The notes under the pieces were generated by a model. That model searched no databases and was not told the DNA's origin. It saw only the letters and a program-made list of their open reading frames with translations. Both the position numbers and the translations under genes were made by a program. A stretch of DNA of 20,572 bases, from positions 1 through 20,572 of the forward strand of contig JBFRWI010000150.1 of assembly GCA_051439505.1 (NCBI GenBank), in the 5' to 3' direction. This document shows positions 9,224 through 16,743 of this stretch, one piece after another. The DNA is from Hormoscilla sp. Its GTDB lineage: Bacteria > Cyanobacteriota > Cyanobacteriia > Cyanobacteriales > Desertifilaceae. Numbering within the stretch: the first letter of the stretch is position 1; every line of letters starts with the position of its first letter.

Positions 9224-10777
9224 CTACGCAGCTGACTGGGGAGTTACTTTCTGGTGGTAGAGGCTGATAATTCGCTCCATTACTTCATTAATGCTGAGAT
9301 TATCTGTTTGTAGTTCAATGGCGTCAACTGCTTTTCTTAACGGCGCTATACTGCGACTGCTGTCGAATAAGTCCCGATCGCCTATTTCTTTCTCCAACTG
9401 TTCTAGACTAATATTATCTGCTGCTTGTTTGGCCAGATCTTGCTGACGCCTGCGGGCTCGTTCTTTGATAGAAGCTGTTAAAAATATTTTCAGTGCCGCA
9501 TTGGGGAATACATTAGTACCAATGTCCCGCCCTTCGGCAACTATGCCTCCTTTTTCGCCCCAGCGCTGCTGTTCTTTAACCATGACTCGACGCACGGCTT
9601 TTTGAGCTGCGATCGCGGATACCTGGGATGTCACTTCTCTGCTACGAATTTCTTGGGTGACGTTATGACTATCGATCCATACTTCTGTAGGAGTTAGTTG
9701 AATTTGACAGTTGCTGACTAATTCTGCTACCCCTGGTTCATCTGTCTCATCGATGCCCGATCGCAGCACCAACCAGGTTACAGCCCGGTACATGGCCCCA
9801 GTATCAAGATAAAGTAATCCTAAACCCTCAGCCACCAGACGGGCGACAGTGGATTTTCCGGCCCCCGCTGGACCATCGATCGCCACTATTGGTTGGCGTA
9901 CCCCCAGGACTATATTATCGATTAAGCGGGTGGCACCCACATAAGCGGCGCAGGCTAACAGTCCTTTATCCTCTATTTTGTCCAAAGGTACCAGGGTATC
10001 TGGGTGAACTAAATCAACGTACTCCAACTGCACCTGTTTTTCCTCTGCTACAATGGACTGAAATGCTGAGAGCAAAATTTGGCGCGATCGCTCTTTTCCC
10101 TGAAATACCCGTTCGGCTTGCTGCAAGCCGCGATATAATACTGAGGCAACTTCTTTTTCCGACGCTGTCAGATATTGATTGCGGGAACTATATGCCAGTC
10201 CCGACTCTTCTCGGACGATCGGACAAGCAACAACGGACAGTTCTAAGTTCAAGTCGGCTACCAGACGGCGGATAATTGCCAGTTGCTGGGCATCTTTCTG
10301 ACCAAAATAGGCCCTCCTCGGCTTGACGATGTTAAATAGTTTAGTCACGATCGTGGCTACGCCCTGGAAATGCCCCGATCGAGAGAGACCGCACAACCGC
10401 TGAATCATAGAGTCAGGGGGAACTACCGCGATCGCGATGCCATTTTCGACTCCCATTTCCACAGCAGTCGGGGCGAAAATTACATCCACCCCTGCTTGGG
10501 CGCATAGTTGCTGGTCCCCTTCCAAATTGCGGGGATACTGTTGCAAATCCTCCGTCGGGGCAAATTGCAGAGGGTTGACAAAGATGCTGACTACACATAT
10601 ATCATTTTCTCGCCTCGCCCGTTCGATCAAGCTCAGATGACCAGCATGTAATCCTCCCATCGTCGGTACTAGGCCGATCGATTTATGCCCGATAAGCTCA
10701 TTATCTTTGCTAAGATCTCCGCATCGCTGCTGTTCTAAGTAACAGCGCAGTGCCGCAACCGTCGTATACAGGCGCAC
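9224..10777 (-). CDS. panC/cmk: Bifunctional pantoate-beta-alanine ligase / cytidylate kinase
   Basis: PTMGGLHAGH, SIFVNPLQF, FGQKD, SSRN and RLIDN (PanC), then AIDGPAGAGKST, LDTGAMYR and EGRDIGT (Cmk). GTG start at 10777 has a GGGAG RBS and is preferred over 10795. Confidence 0.97.
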   Translation of the reverse strand: MRLYTTVAALRCYLEQQRCGDLSKDNELIGHKSIGLVPTMGGLHAGHLSLIERARRENDICVVSIFVNPLQFAPTEDLQQYPRNLEGDQQLCAQAGVDVIFAPTAVEMGVENGIAIAVVPPDSMIQRLCGLSRSGHFQGVATIVTKLFNIVKPRRAYFGQKDAQQLAIIRRLVADLNLELSVVACPIVREESGLAYSSRNQYLTASEKEVASVLYRGLQQAERVFQGKERSRQILLSAFQSIVAEEKQVQLEYVDLVHPDTLVPLDKIEDKGLLACAAYVGATRLIDNIVLGVRQPIVAIDGPAGAGKSTVARLVAEGLGLLYLDTGAMYRAVTWLVLRSGIDETDEPGVAELVSNCQIQLTPTEVWIDSHNVTQEIRSREVTSQVSAIAAQKAVRRVMVKEQQRWGEKGGIVAEGRDIGTNVFPNAALKIFLTASIKERARRRQQDLAKQAADNISLEQLEKEIGDRDLFDSSRSIAPLRKAVDAIELQTDNLSINEVMERIISLYHQKVTPQSAA

Positions 10778-10869
10778 TTTTTTTCTCCCTGTCAAGTAAT
10801 GACCGATCTACTTTCCTAGGTATACAGAAGTTGGTACCTGCTTTCATGATAGATTATAATTGAAAGAGG

Positions 10870-11412
10870 CTACCTACCCAGAACGTCTACACGCACTGGA
10901 ACCACCCCAGACTGTCGCATCCTTACCGCCCGCGCCGCAGCAGCGGAAACATCGATGATCCGACCTCGTATATATGGACCCCGATCGTTGATGCGAACCA
11001 CGACACTGAGGTTATTATTCAGATTGGTCACCCGCACCCAGGTGCCAAAGGGTAAGTTCCGATGAGCAGCTGTCATATCGTGCTGGTTGAAAATTTCGCC
11101 ATTGGCGGTCAGATTACCATGAAAACCTGGACCATACCAGGAAGCCCAACCCTTCTGGCTATAACCCCGCCACTCCTTTTCCCCTGATGGGGCGATCGCA
11201 CTGGAGATCTTCTCCGTGGCCCAAGCGGACGATTCCACTTTGACTATATCTGTCAAGCGATCGGCTAAATCAGATAAAAGGCGAGGCGCAGTTGCTTTAA
11301 TTTTCTGGATGTAGCCAACATCAGCCGTTTTTGTTTGTTCCAGGTGATTTGATAATCCTATCCCTGTTAAGATCAGGGCAGTAGCGAGACCATTTCCAAC
11401 TTTTTGATGCAT
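10870..11412 (-). CDS. rlpA: RlpA-family septal lytic transglycosylase (DPBB domain), short form
   Basis: GWASWYGPGFHG..TANGE..TAAHRNLPFGT.VRVTN..VVVRINDRGPY..RIIDVS; hydrophobic N-terminal segment. Confidence 0.9.
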   Translation of the reverse strand: MHQKVGNGLATALILTGIGLSNHLEQTKTADVGYIQKIKATAPRLLSDLADRLTDIVKVESSAWATEKISSAIAPSGEKEWRGYSQKGWASWYGPGFHGNLTANGEIFNQHDMTAAHRNLPFGTWVRVTNLNNNLSVVVRINDRGPYIRGRIIDVSAAAARAVRMRQSGVVPVRVDVLGR

Positions 11413-11734
11413 ACGCTTGGCTATAATTTTTTAATGTTATCTGAAAAGGCTAGTTGCGAGCATGGAAAATCTGCGAATTGCATCTACTGCAACCGCTATT
11501 TCGTCCTCTTTATATTTCCACTTTTATGAAAGCACCTGTCATTATTTACCATTAAATCACTTTTGGTGTTCTATCCCTGGATGGATATTTTGTCTTCATC
11601 AATATCTTCGAGGGAACTAATCCAAAATACTACAGCCACAGCAGTTATTCAAAATGAGCGAACCAAATTATGATGATAATCAGTTATAGTTATCATAACG
11701 AGAAGCATAATAAACATACATGGAAAATAGAACT

Positions 11735-12772
11735 ATGGACTACAAACAAGCTGGTGTTGATGTAGAAGCTGGTCGCGAATTTGTCGATCGCATCAGATCG
11801 ATGGTGTCTAGCACCCAGCGAAAGGAAGTGTTAGGTGGACTGGGAGGTTTTAGCGGGTTATTCGCCCTTCCCAGCGGCTACAAAGAACCGGTTTTAGTCT
11901 CGGGCACGGATGGGGTCGGCACTAAGTTGAAACTGGCAACGGCACTCGATCGCCACGACACTGTGGGCATCGATCTAGTCGCTATGTGCGTGAATGACGT
12001 GCTGACTTCAGGGGCGGAACCGCTGTTTTTTTTGGATTATTTGGCAACCGGGAAATTAAATCAAGCCCAGTTAACTCAGGTAGTCGCAGGGATCGCCGCA
12101 GGATGCCAGCAGGCCGGGTGTGCTTTACTGGGGGGCGAAACCGCAGAAATGCCCGGTTTTTATTCCCCAGGAGATTACGATATGGCGGGTTTTGTGGTGG
12201 GCATTGTGGAAAAAAGTATGATATTAGATGGATCTCGGGTCAAGCTGGGCGATCGGGCGATCGGGCTAGCAAGTAGTGGCGTCCACAGTAATGGCTTTAG
12301 TCTCGTGAGAAAAATAGTAGCAGAGTCTGGCCTGGGCTGGGACCATTGCCCAGAAATACTCGATGGTCGCAGCTTAGGGGAAGTTTTATTAACACCGACT
12401 CAGATTTATGTTAAACCACTGTTAGAGGCCCGTCGTGCCGGACTGGACATTCACGGCATGGCCCACATCACTGGGGGCGGTTTACCAGAAAACTTGCCCC
12501 GCTGTCTGGGTAAAGACCAGTCCGTCCGCCTTGACGCCAGCAGTTGGACCGTCCCGGCAATTTTTGATATCATCGCCCAGGCGGGTCAGGTTAGTCCCGA
12601 TGCCATGTTTAATACCTTTAATATGGGCATCGGGTTCGTGCTGCTGGTACCACCTGACCAAGTAAACGGGGCAATTTCCTGGTTTGCCCAGTATAATATT
12701 AATGCTTGGGCGATCGGGGAAGTAGTTGCGGGCACGGGTAGCTTGGTTGGCATCCCCTCAGCGAAGGGTTAA
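11735..12772 (+). CDS. purM: Phosphoribosylformylglycinamidine cyclo-ligase (AIR synthetase)
   Basis: [43 protein letters not shown] and FNMGIG. Alternative start at 11720. Confidence 0.97.
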   Translation: MDYKQAGVDVEAGREFVDRIRSMVSSTQRKEVLGGLGGFSGLFALPSGYKEPVLVSGTDGVGTKLKLATALDRHDTVGIDLVAMCVNDVLTSGAEPLFFLDYLATGKLNQAQLTQVVAGIAAGCQQAGCALLGGETAEMPGFYSPGDYDMAGFVVGIVEKSMILDGSRVKLGDRAIGLASSGVHSNGFSLVRKIVAESGLGWDHCPEILDGRSLGEVLLTPTQIYVKPLLEARRAGLDIHGMAHITGGGLPENLPRCLGKDQSVRLDASSWTVPAIFDIIAQAGQVSPDAMFNTFNMGIGFVLLVPPDQVNGAISWFAQYNINAWAIGEVVAGTGSLVGIPSAKG

Positions 12773-12807
12773 AGGATAAAAAATTGTGATTGAGATTCTC
12801 TTTTAAA

Positions 12808-13449
12808 ATGGACATTGAAGCAATACGATCGGGTAAAATCAAGCAGCTAGCGGGGGCTGATTTAGAAGACGAAGATCTTTCGGGAAGTCAGCTAGAACGG
12901 GTTAATCTGGCAGGTGCAACCCTAGTGGGGACGGATCTTTCTGGTTGTAACCTGAAAGGGGGGCGTCTAGATGGTGCTAACATGATTGGGGCCCAGTTGG
13001 ACTCGGCAGATTTACGAGCAAATCTGCTGGGTGCTAATTTGATGCAAGCGGATTTAACAACTGCTGATTTGCGGGGTAGTAACCTGCGCGGCGCTAATTT
13101 AATGGGGGCAAAACTGACTCAGGCATCTTTAGCAGGTGCGTTTTTGAGTGGTGCGAATTTAATGGGCGTTAACTTGCAGGGAGTTGACTTGCGAGGTGCG
13201 GAGTTGCGGGGGGCAAATCTCAATAATGCTAACCTCAAAGGTGCGGATTTGAGTTATGCTGATTTGCAGGGGGCTTCTTTGAGTGACGCTAATCTAGAGG
13301 AAGCTGATTTGCGGGGTGCTAATCTCGCAGGTGCTGCTTTGATGGGGGCAAATCTCCTCTGTGCTGAGTTGGAAGGCGCTAATTTGACTGGCGTTAATCT
13401 CGATCGCGCTTGCGTAATTGGCACAAATGTCACCCAGATGGCTTCCTAA
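12808..13449 (+). CDS. Pentapeptide repeat protein
   Basis: Near-continuous A(D/N)LxG repeats over about 200 aa. ATG at 12808 preferred over TTG at 12790. Confidence 0.93.
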   Translation: MDIEAIRSGKIKQLAGADLEDEDLSGSQLERVNLAGATLVGTDLSGCNLKGGRLDGANMIGAQLDSADLRANLLGANLMQADLTTADLRGSNLRGANLMGAKLTQASLAGAFLSGANLMGVNLQGVDLRGAELRGANLNNANLKGADLSYADLQGASLSDANLEEADLRGANLAGAALMGANLLCAELEGANLTGVNLDRACVIGTNVTQMAS

Positions 13450-13463
13450 TATGATTTCTTAAA

Positions 13464-13756
13464 AGGGGGGTAATAATTCTCTCTCTTCGTTGTTAGCCCG
13501 CCGGGGGTTCAAACCCCCGGCTAATAGCTAAAGTCAGTTTAAACTGACTAATAAAATTTGATAAAAAATGCTGCAAAAAATGTTATCGGAAAGGTATTTG
13601 CTATGAAAAGTATTGGCGTAGGGGGGGAATAATTCTCTCTCTTCGTTGTTAGCCCGCCGGGGGTTCAAACCCCCGGCTAATAGCTAAATTCAGTTAAAAC
13701 TGACTAATAAAACTTGGAGTCAATGCTGCTATAAATGTTCATCTGTAATGTATTTT
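13464..13756 (+). repeat. Tandem duplication (156-bp period) of a REP-like double-hairpin unit
   Basis: AATAATTCTCTCTCTTCGTTGTTAGCCCGCCGGGGGTTCAAACCCCCGGCTAATAGCTAAA starts at 13472 and 13628. Its core matches 8839-8895. Confidence 0.9.
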
Positions 13757-13805
13757 GAACGATTTTGGGGGAACGAAGATATAATAGAACATATGGGATA
13801 TTATT

Positions 13806-14390
13806 ATGACGATCGCAGTCCCTAAATCGGGAAGCTTGGCAAATTTATTACAACTACCAGATATTGAATCATCGCCTGCTTGGGAATTTATAGAAGGAGA
13901 AATATGTCAAAAACCCATGCCAGGTGGAAAACACAGTCGCCTGCAAGTACGCTTGGCAAGTGCTATTAATATAGCTGTCCAAAGCTATGAGGCATTTTCC
14001 GAACTGCGCTGTACCTTTGGAGGAAGATCGATCGTGCCAGATCTAGCAGTGCTTGCTAGCATCCGCATCCCGAGCGCTGCGCGAAAAATCGACGAAAATG
14101 GAGAAATCATCAGTACGGGAATTGATTTTGCGCCCAACTGGGTAATAGAAATTATTTCTCCAGACCAGAGTCACACCCGAGTCACCCGCAAGATATTGCA
14201 TTGCTTGGGTCATGGATGCCAGCTGGGTTGGCTCGTTGACCCGATCGATCGGGTGGTGCTGGTCTATCGGGGCGATCGGCTGCCCTCGGAGTTCACCGGC
14301 GATATGCTACTGCCTTGTCTGGAGGAAATCAGCTTAGACTTGACCGTAGACCAGATGTTCGGTTGGCTGAAAGTAGCCCGAAATCCCTGA
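13806..14390 (+). CDS. Uma2 (DUF820) family PD-(D/E)XK endonuclease-like protein
   Basis: WEFIEGEICQKPMP..HSRLQ, ELRCTFGGRSIVPDLAV, APNWVIEIISP and GWLVDP. Confidence 0.92.
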   Translation: MTIAVPKSGSLANLLQLPDIESSPAWEFIEGEICQKPMPGGKHSRLQVRLASAINIAVQSYEAFSELRCTFGGRSIVPDLAVLASIRIPSAARKIDENGEIISTGIDFAPNWVIEIISPDQSHTRVTRKILHCLGHGCQLGWLVDPIDRVVLVYRGDRLPSEFTGDMLLPCLEEISLDLTVDQMFGWLKVARNP

Positions 14391-14433
14391 GGGGACTTCG
14401 GGCAATGTCTTAGATATCAAGGGTTTGGGGCTA

Positions 14434-14505
14434 TGGGTGACCAGGGATTCGAACCCTGAGCCAATGGATTAAGAGTCCAGTGCTCTACCGTTGAGCTAGT
14501 CACCC
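14434..14505 (-). tRNA. trnK: tRNA-Lys(CTT)
   Basis: Minus strand GGGTGAC TA GCTC AACGGTA GAGC A CTGGA CT-CTT-AA TCCAT TGGCT CAGGG TTCGAAT CCCTG GTCACCC A. Full cloverleaf, with one mismatch at the top of the anticodon stem; CCA not encoded. Confidence 0.96.
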
Positions 14506-14548
14506 ACTAAAGTTATTGTAGCTTACTTAAAACAGTATAACCACATTT

Positions 14549-14720
14549 TGCCAGGTTGGGAGTGAAAAATTTTTCCCTCTGGTCGCCGGTAGTGTTACCG
14601 GTAGGATACGATCGCCCGGTCCGAAAGGCGCGAGTGCTTCTGTAGAGGAGACAGCCCACCTGAACGCTACCGGTAGTAGACAACCTGTCAATTGGCCTCA
14701 GTCACTGGTCACTGGTCACA
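14549..14720 (+). ncRNA. ssrS: Probable 6S RNA (ssaA/ssrS), diverged; ends approximate
   Basis: 12-bp stem GCCGGTAGTGTT (14585-14596) with AACGCTACCGGT (14663-14674), branched apical part with CC-GAAA-GG, and 3' bubble strand ACAACCTGTCAATTGGCC. These blocks resemble cyanobacterial 6S RNA as I recall it. TATAAC at 14536-14541 may be its -10. Confidence 0.7.
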
Positions 14721-14771
14721 GAAGAGCGCCCGATCGATTACGGTATAGAATAAACAAAACTACTACTAAGG

Positions 14772-16535
14772 GTGAATGTCATGCTGGAAACAACGCTGCG
14801 GAATCGCTATTACATCAGCAAAAAGCTGGGAAACGGGGGCACCTACCTAGCTGAAGACCGGGAGTTACCTGGTGGAAATGTTCAGTGTGTGGTCAAAAAC
14901 TTGAAGCTAGTAAATCCAGAACCGGCAACTTTGTCAGCTGCGAGAGATTTTTTTGACAAAGAAGCACAAATTCTCTACAAGTTAGGCAACAACAGCGAAG
15001 AAATTCCTCGACTTTTTGCCCACTTTGAGGAAAATGAGGAATTTTATCTCGTCCGGGAATTCGTTGATGGACATTCTCTGAGGCAAGAACTCACAGAGGG
15101 CAAGCCATTGAGTGAGAATGAGGTGGAGAAACTGTTGCAGGAGATCCTGGAAGCCTTGGTATTTGTCCATGAGAACAATGTTATCCACGGAAATATCAAT
15201 CCCAAAAATTTAATCCGTCGCCAAAAAGATAGCAAGATTGTCCTGATTAACTTTCATAAGATTAAAGAAATCACTAATTTAACCTTTAATAATCCGGGGC
15301 AAGGAATGACGATTGTTATGAATATTGTTCGCGGTTATATGCCGGTCGAACAAGGCATGGGGATGTCAAAGTTATGCAGCGATGTCTATGCGGTGGGAAT
15401 GATTGGGATTCAAGCCCTCACAGGGGTAAGGCCCGATGGATTACAAAAAAATGATAATACAGGTGGGGTCATTTGGCGCGAGCGGGCTAAGGTGAGCAAT
15501 GGGCTAGCAGACATTTTAGACAAAATGGTGAGCTATGATTTTAGCCAGCGTTACCAGGATGCAGCCGAAGCATTAGAGGCGTGGCAATCTCAATCCACTA
15601 TCACAATACCAAAGGGAAAGGGACAGTCGGTAAATGTGATGCTGGGAAAAACATTGCAGAATCGCTATGACATTATTAAACCCCTGGGAAGCGGGGGATT
15701 TGGCGATACTTACCTGGCGAAAGACCGTGATTTCCCCGAAGACGACCAGTGTGTGGTCAAGCGCTTGAAGCTAACAGAGTCAGATGCGGAAGTTGTATCG
15801 GTTGCCAAACGCCTTTTCCGGAAAGAAGCAGATGTTCTGTACAAGTTAGGCAACCACGACCAAATTCCCCGATTTTTCGACTACTTTGAGGAAAATGGGG
15901 AATTTTATATCGTCCAGGAATTCGTTGACGGTCACGATCTGAGTCAAGAGATCGCCCCCGGGAAGCAGTTGAGTGAGAAAGAGGTGGTGAAACTGTTGCA
16001 GGAGATCCTGGAAGTATTGGTATTTGTCCATGAAAACGATGTCATCCACCGAGATATCAAGCCCAAAAATTTACTCCGTCGCCAAAGAGATGATAAGATT
16101 GTCATGATTGACTTTGGGGCAGTTAAAGAAATCACTACTTTAAGCGTTAATGCTCAAGGACAAGCGAGGACGATCGCGATTGGGACTGGTGGCTATATGC
16201 CGGCTGAACAAGCCTTGGGGATGCCAAAATTATGCAGCGATGTCTATGCGGTGGGAATGATTGGCATTCAAGCCCTGACAGGGGTAAATCCTCGGAATTT
16301 ACGAAAAGATGACAATACCGGTGAAGTCATTTGGCGCGATCGGGCAAAAGTGAGCAATAAGCTAGCAGGTGTTTTAGACAAAATGGTGCGGGATCATTTT
16401 ATCGGGCGTTACCAGGATGCCGCCGAGGCGTTGCAAGTGCTGAAACAGCGATATCCCCAATCATCACAATCACTACTGGGTCAGGCTTTAACATTACCAA
16501 AAATTGCCTTGATGGCAATGCGAAATAGATTCTGA
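14772..16535 (+). CDS. Tandem Hanks-type Ser/Thr kinase: N-terminal pseudokinase plus intact C-terminal kinase
   Basis: Two homologous domains, the first 286 codons long. Domain 2 has GSGGFG, VVK, KEA, HRDIKPKN, DFG, GTGGYMPAE and SDVYAVG. Domain 1 has GNGG---T, HGNINPKN and NFH. Start GTG 14772 or ATG 14781. Confidence 0.93.
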   Translation: MNVMLETTLRNRYYISKKLGNGGTYLAEDRELPGGNVQCVVKNLKLVNPEPATLSAARDFFDKEAQILYKLGNNSEEIPRLFAHFEENEEFYLVREFVDGHSLRQELTEGKPLSENEVEKLLQEILEALVFVHENNVIHGNINPKNLIRRQKDSKIVLINFHKIKEITNLTFNNPGQGMTIVMNIVRGYMPVEQGMGMSKLCSDVYAVGMIGIQALTGVRPDGLQKNDNTGGVIWRERAKVSNGLADILDKMVSYDFSQRYQDAAEALEAWQSQSTITIPKGKGQSVNVMLGKTLQNRYDIIKPLGSGGFGDTYLAKDRDFPEDDQCVVKRLKLTESDAEVVSVAKRLFRKEADVLYKLGNHDQIPRFFDYFEENGEFYIVQEFVDGHDLSQEIAPGKQLSEKEVVKLLQEILEVLVFVHENDVIHRDIKPKNLLRRQRDDKIVMIDFGAVKEITTLSVNAQGQARTIAIGTGGYMPAEQALGMPKLCSDVYAVGMIGIQALTGVNPRNLRKDDNTGEVIWRDRAKVSNKLAGVLDKMVRDHFIGRYQDAAEALQVLKQRYPQSSQSLLGQALTLPKIALMAMRNRF

Positions 16536-16596
16536 AAATCAGAAAAAGCTGATAGCCGTGTTTTTCAAATTGATGTGGTACAGAATAATCGCCTAC

Positions 16597-16687
16597 TTGT
16601 CATTGCGAAGGGGGGGGGTAGATTAAGAAGTCACTTATGAAAAATAGAGTTACTCCCCCCCCGAAGCAATCTCCGACAGCAGATTGC
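16597..16687 (+). repeat. GTCATTGCGA...GAAGCAATC palindromic repeat with G-tract/C-tract insert
   Basis: TTGTCATTGCGAA-G9-TA-N26-GAGTTACT-C8-GAAGCAATC. The same architecture occurs on the minus strand at 9110-9184. Ends in the hairpin GCAATCT..AGATTGC. Confidence 0.8.
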
Positions 16688-16713
16688 ACAAAGGATGAGA
16701 AATGCTATATAAT
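16684..16713 (+). promoter_or_regulatory. Putative promoter of the partner-HEPN operon
   Basis: TTGCAC (16684-16689), 18 nt, TATAAT (16708-16713); GAGGTG RBS at 16734-16739 before ATG 16744. Confidence 0.55.
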
Positions 16714-16743
16714 GGTGAGAAAGAGATATCAAAGAGGTGAGAT

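Noticed and set aside
11527..11542. TGAAAGCACCTG(T/C)CAT shared with 19792-19807
   Set aside because: A 15/16 match between two sites in a 20-kb window is within chance expectation, and the similarity does not extend.
11669..11687. Fur-box-like TATGATGATAATCAGTTAT upstream of purM
   Set aside because: Only 13/19 to the consensus in an AT-rich region, with no biological support from the flanking genes.
13501..13520. GGGGGTTCAAACCCCC as a tRNA T-arm fragment or att-site duplication of tRNA-Lys
   Set aside because: It does not match the tRNA 3' end (CAGGGTTCGAATCCCTGGTCACCCA), is on the opposite strand, and is part of a dispersed REP. No integrase is present.
13464..13756. Tandem repeat as a CRISPR array
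   Set aside because: Only two units, the repeat is about 90 nt, the intervening parts are homologous to each other, and there are no cas genes.
14616..14632. GGTCCGAAAGG as SRP RNA helix 8 or a riboswitch
   Set aside because: The flanking CAGG/AGCAG internal-loop motif of SRP RNA is missing; the wider context fits 6S RNA better.
14772..15629. Kinase domain 1 as a simple pseudogene fragment
   Set aside because: No stops or frameshifts, fused in frame, and structural motifs are retained, so a pseudokinase domain fits better.
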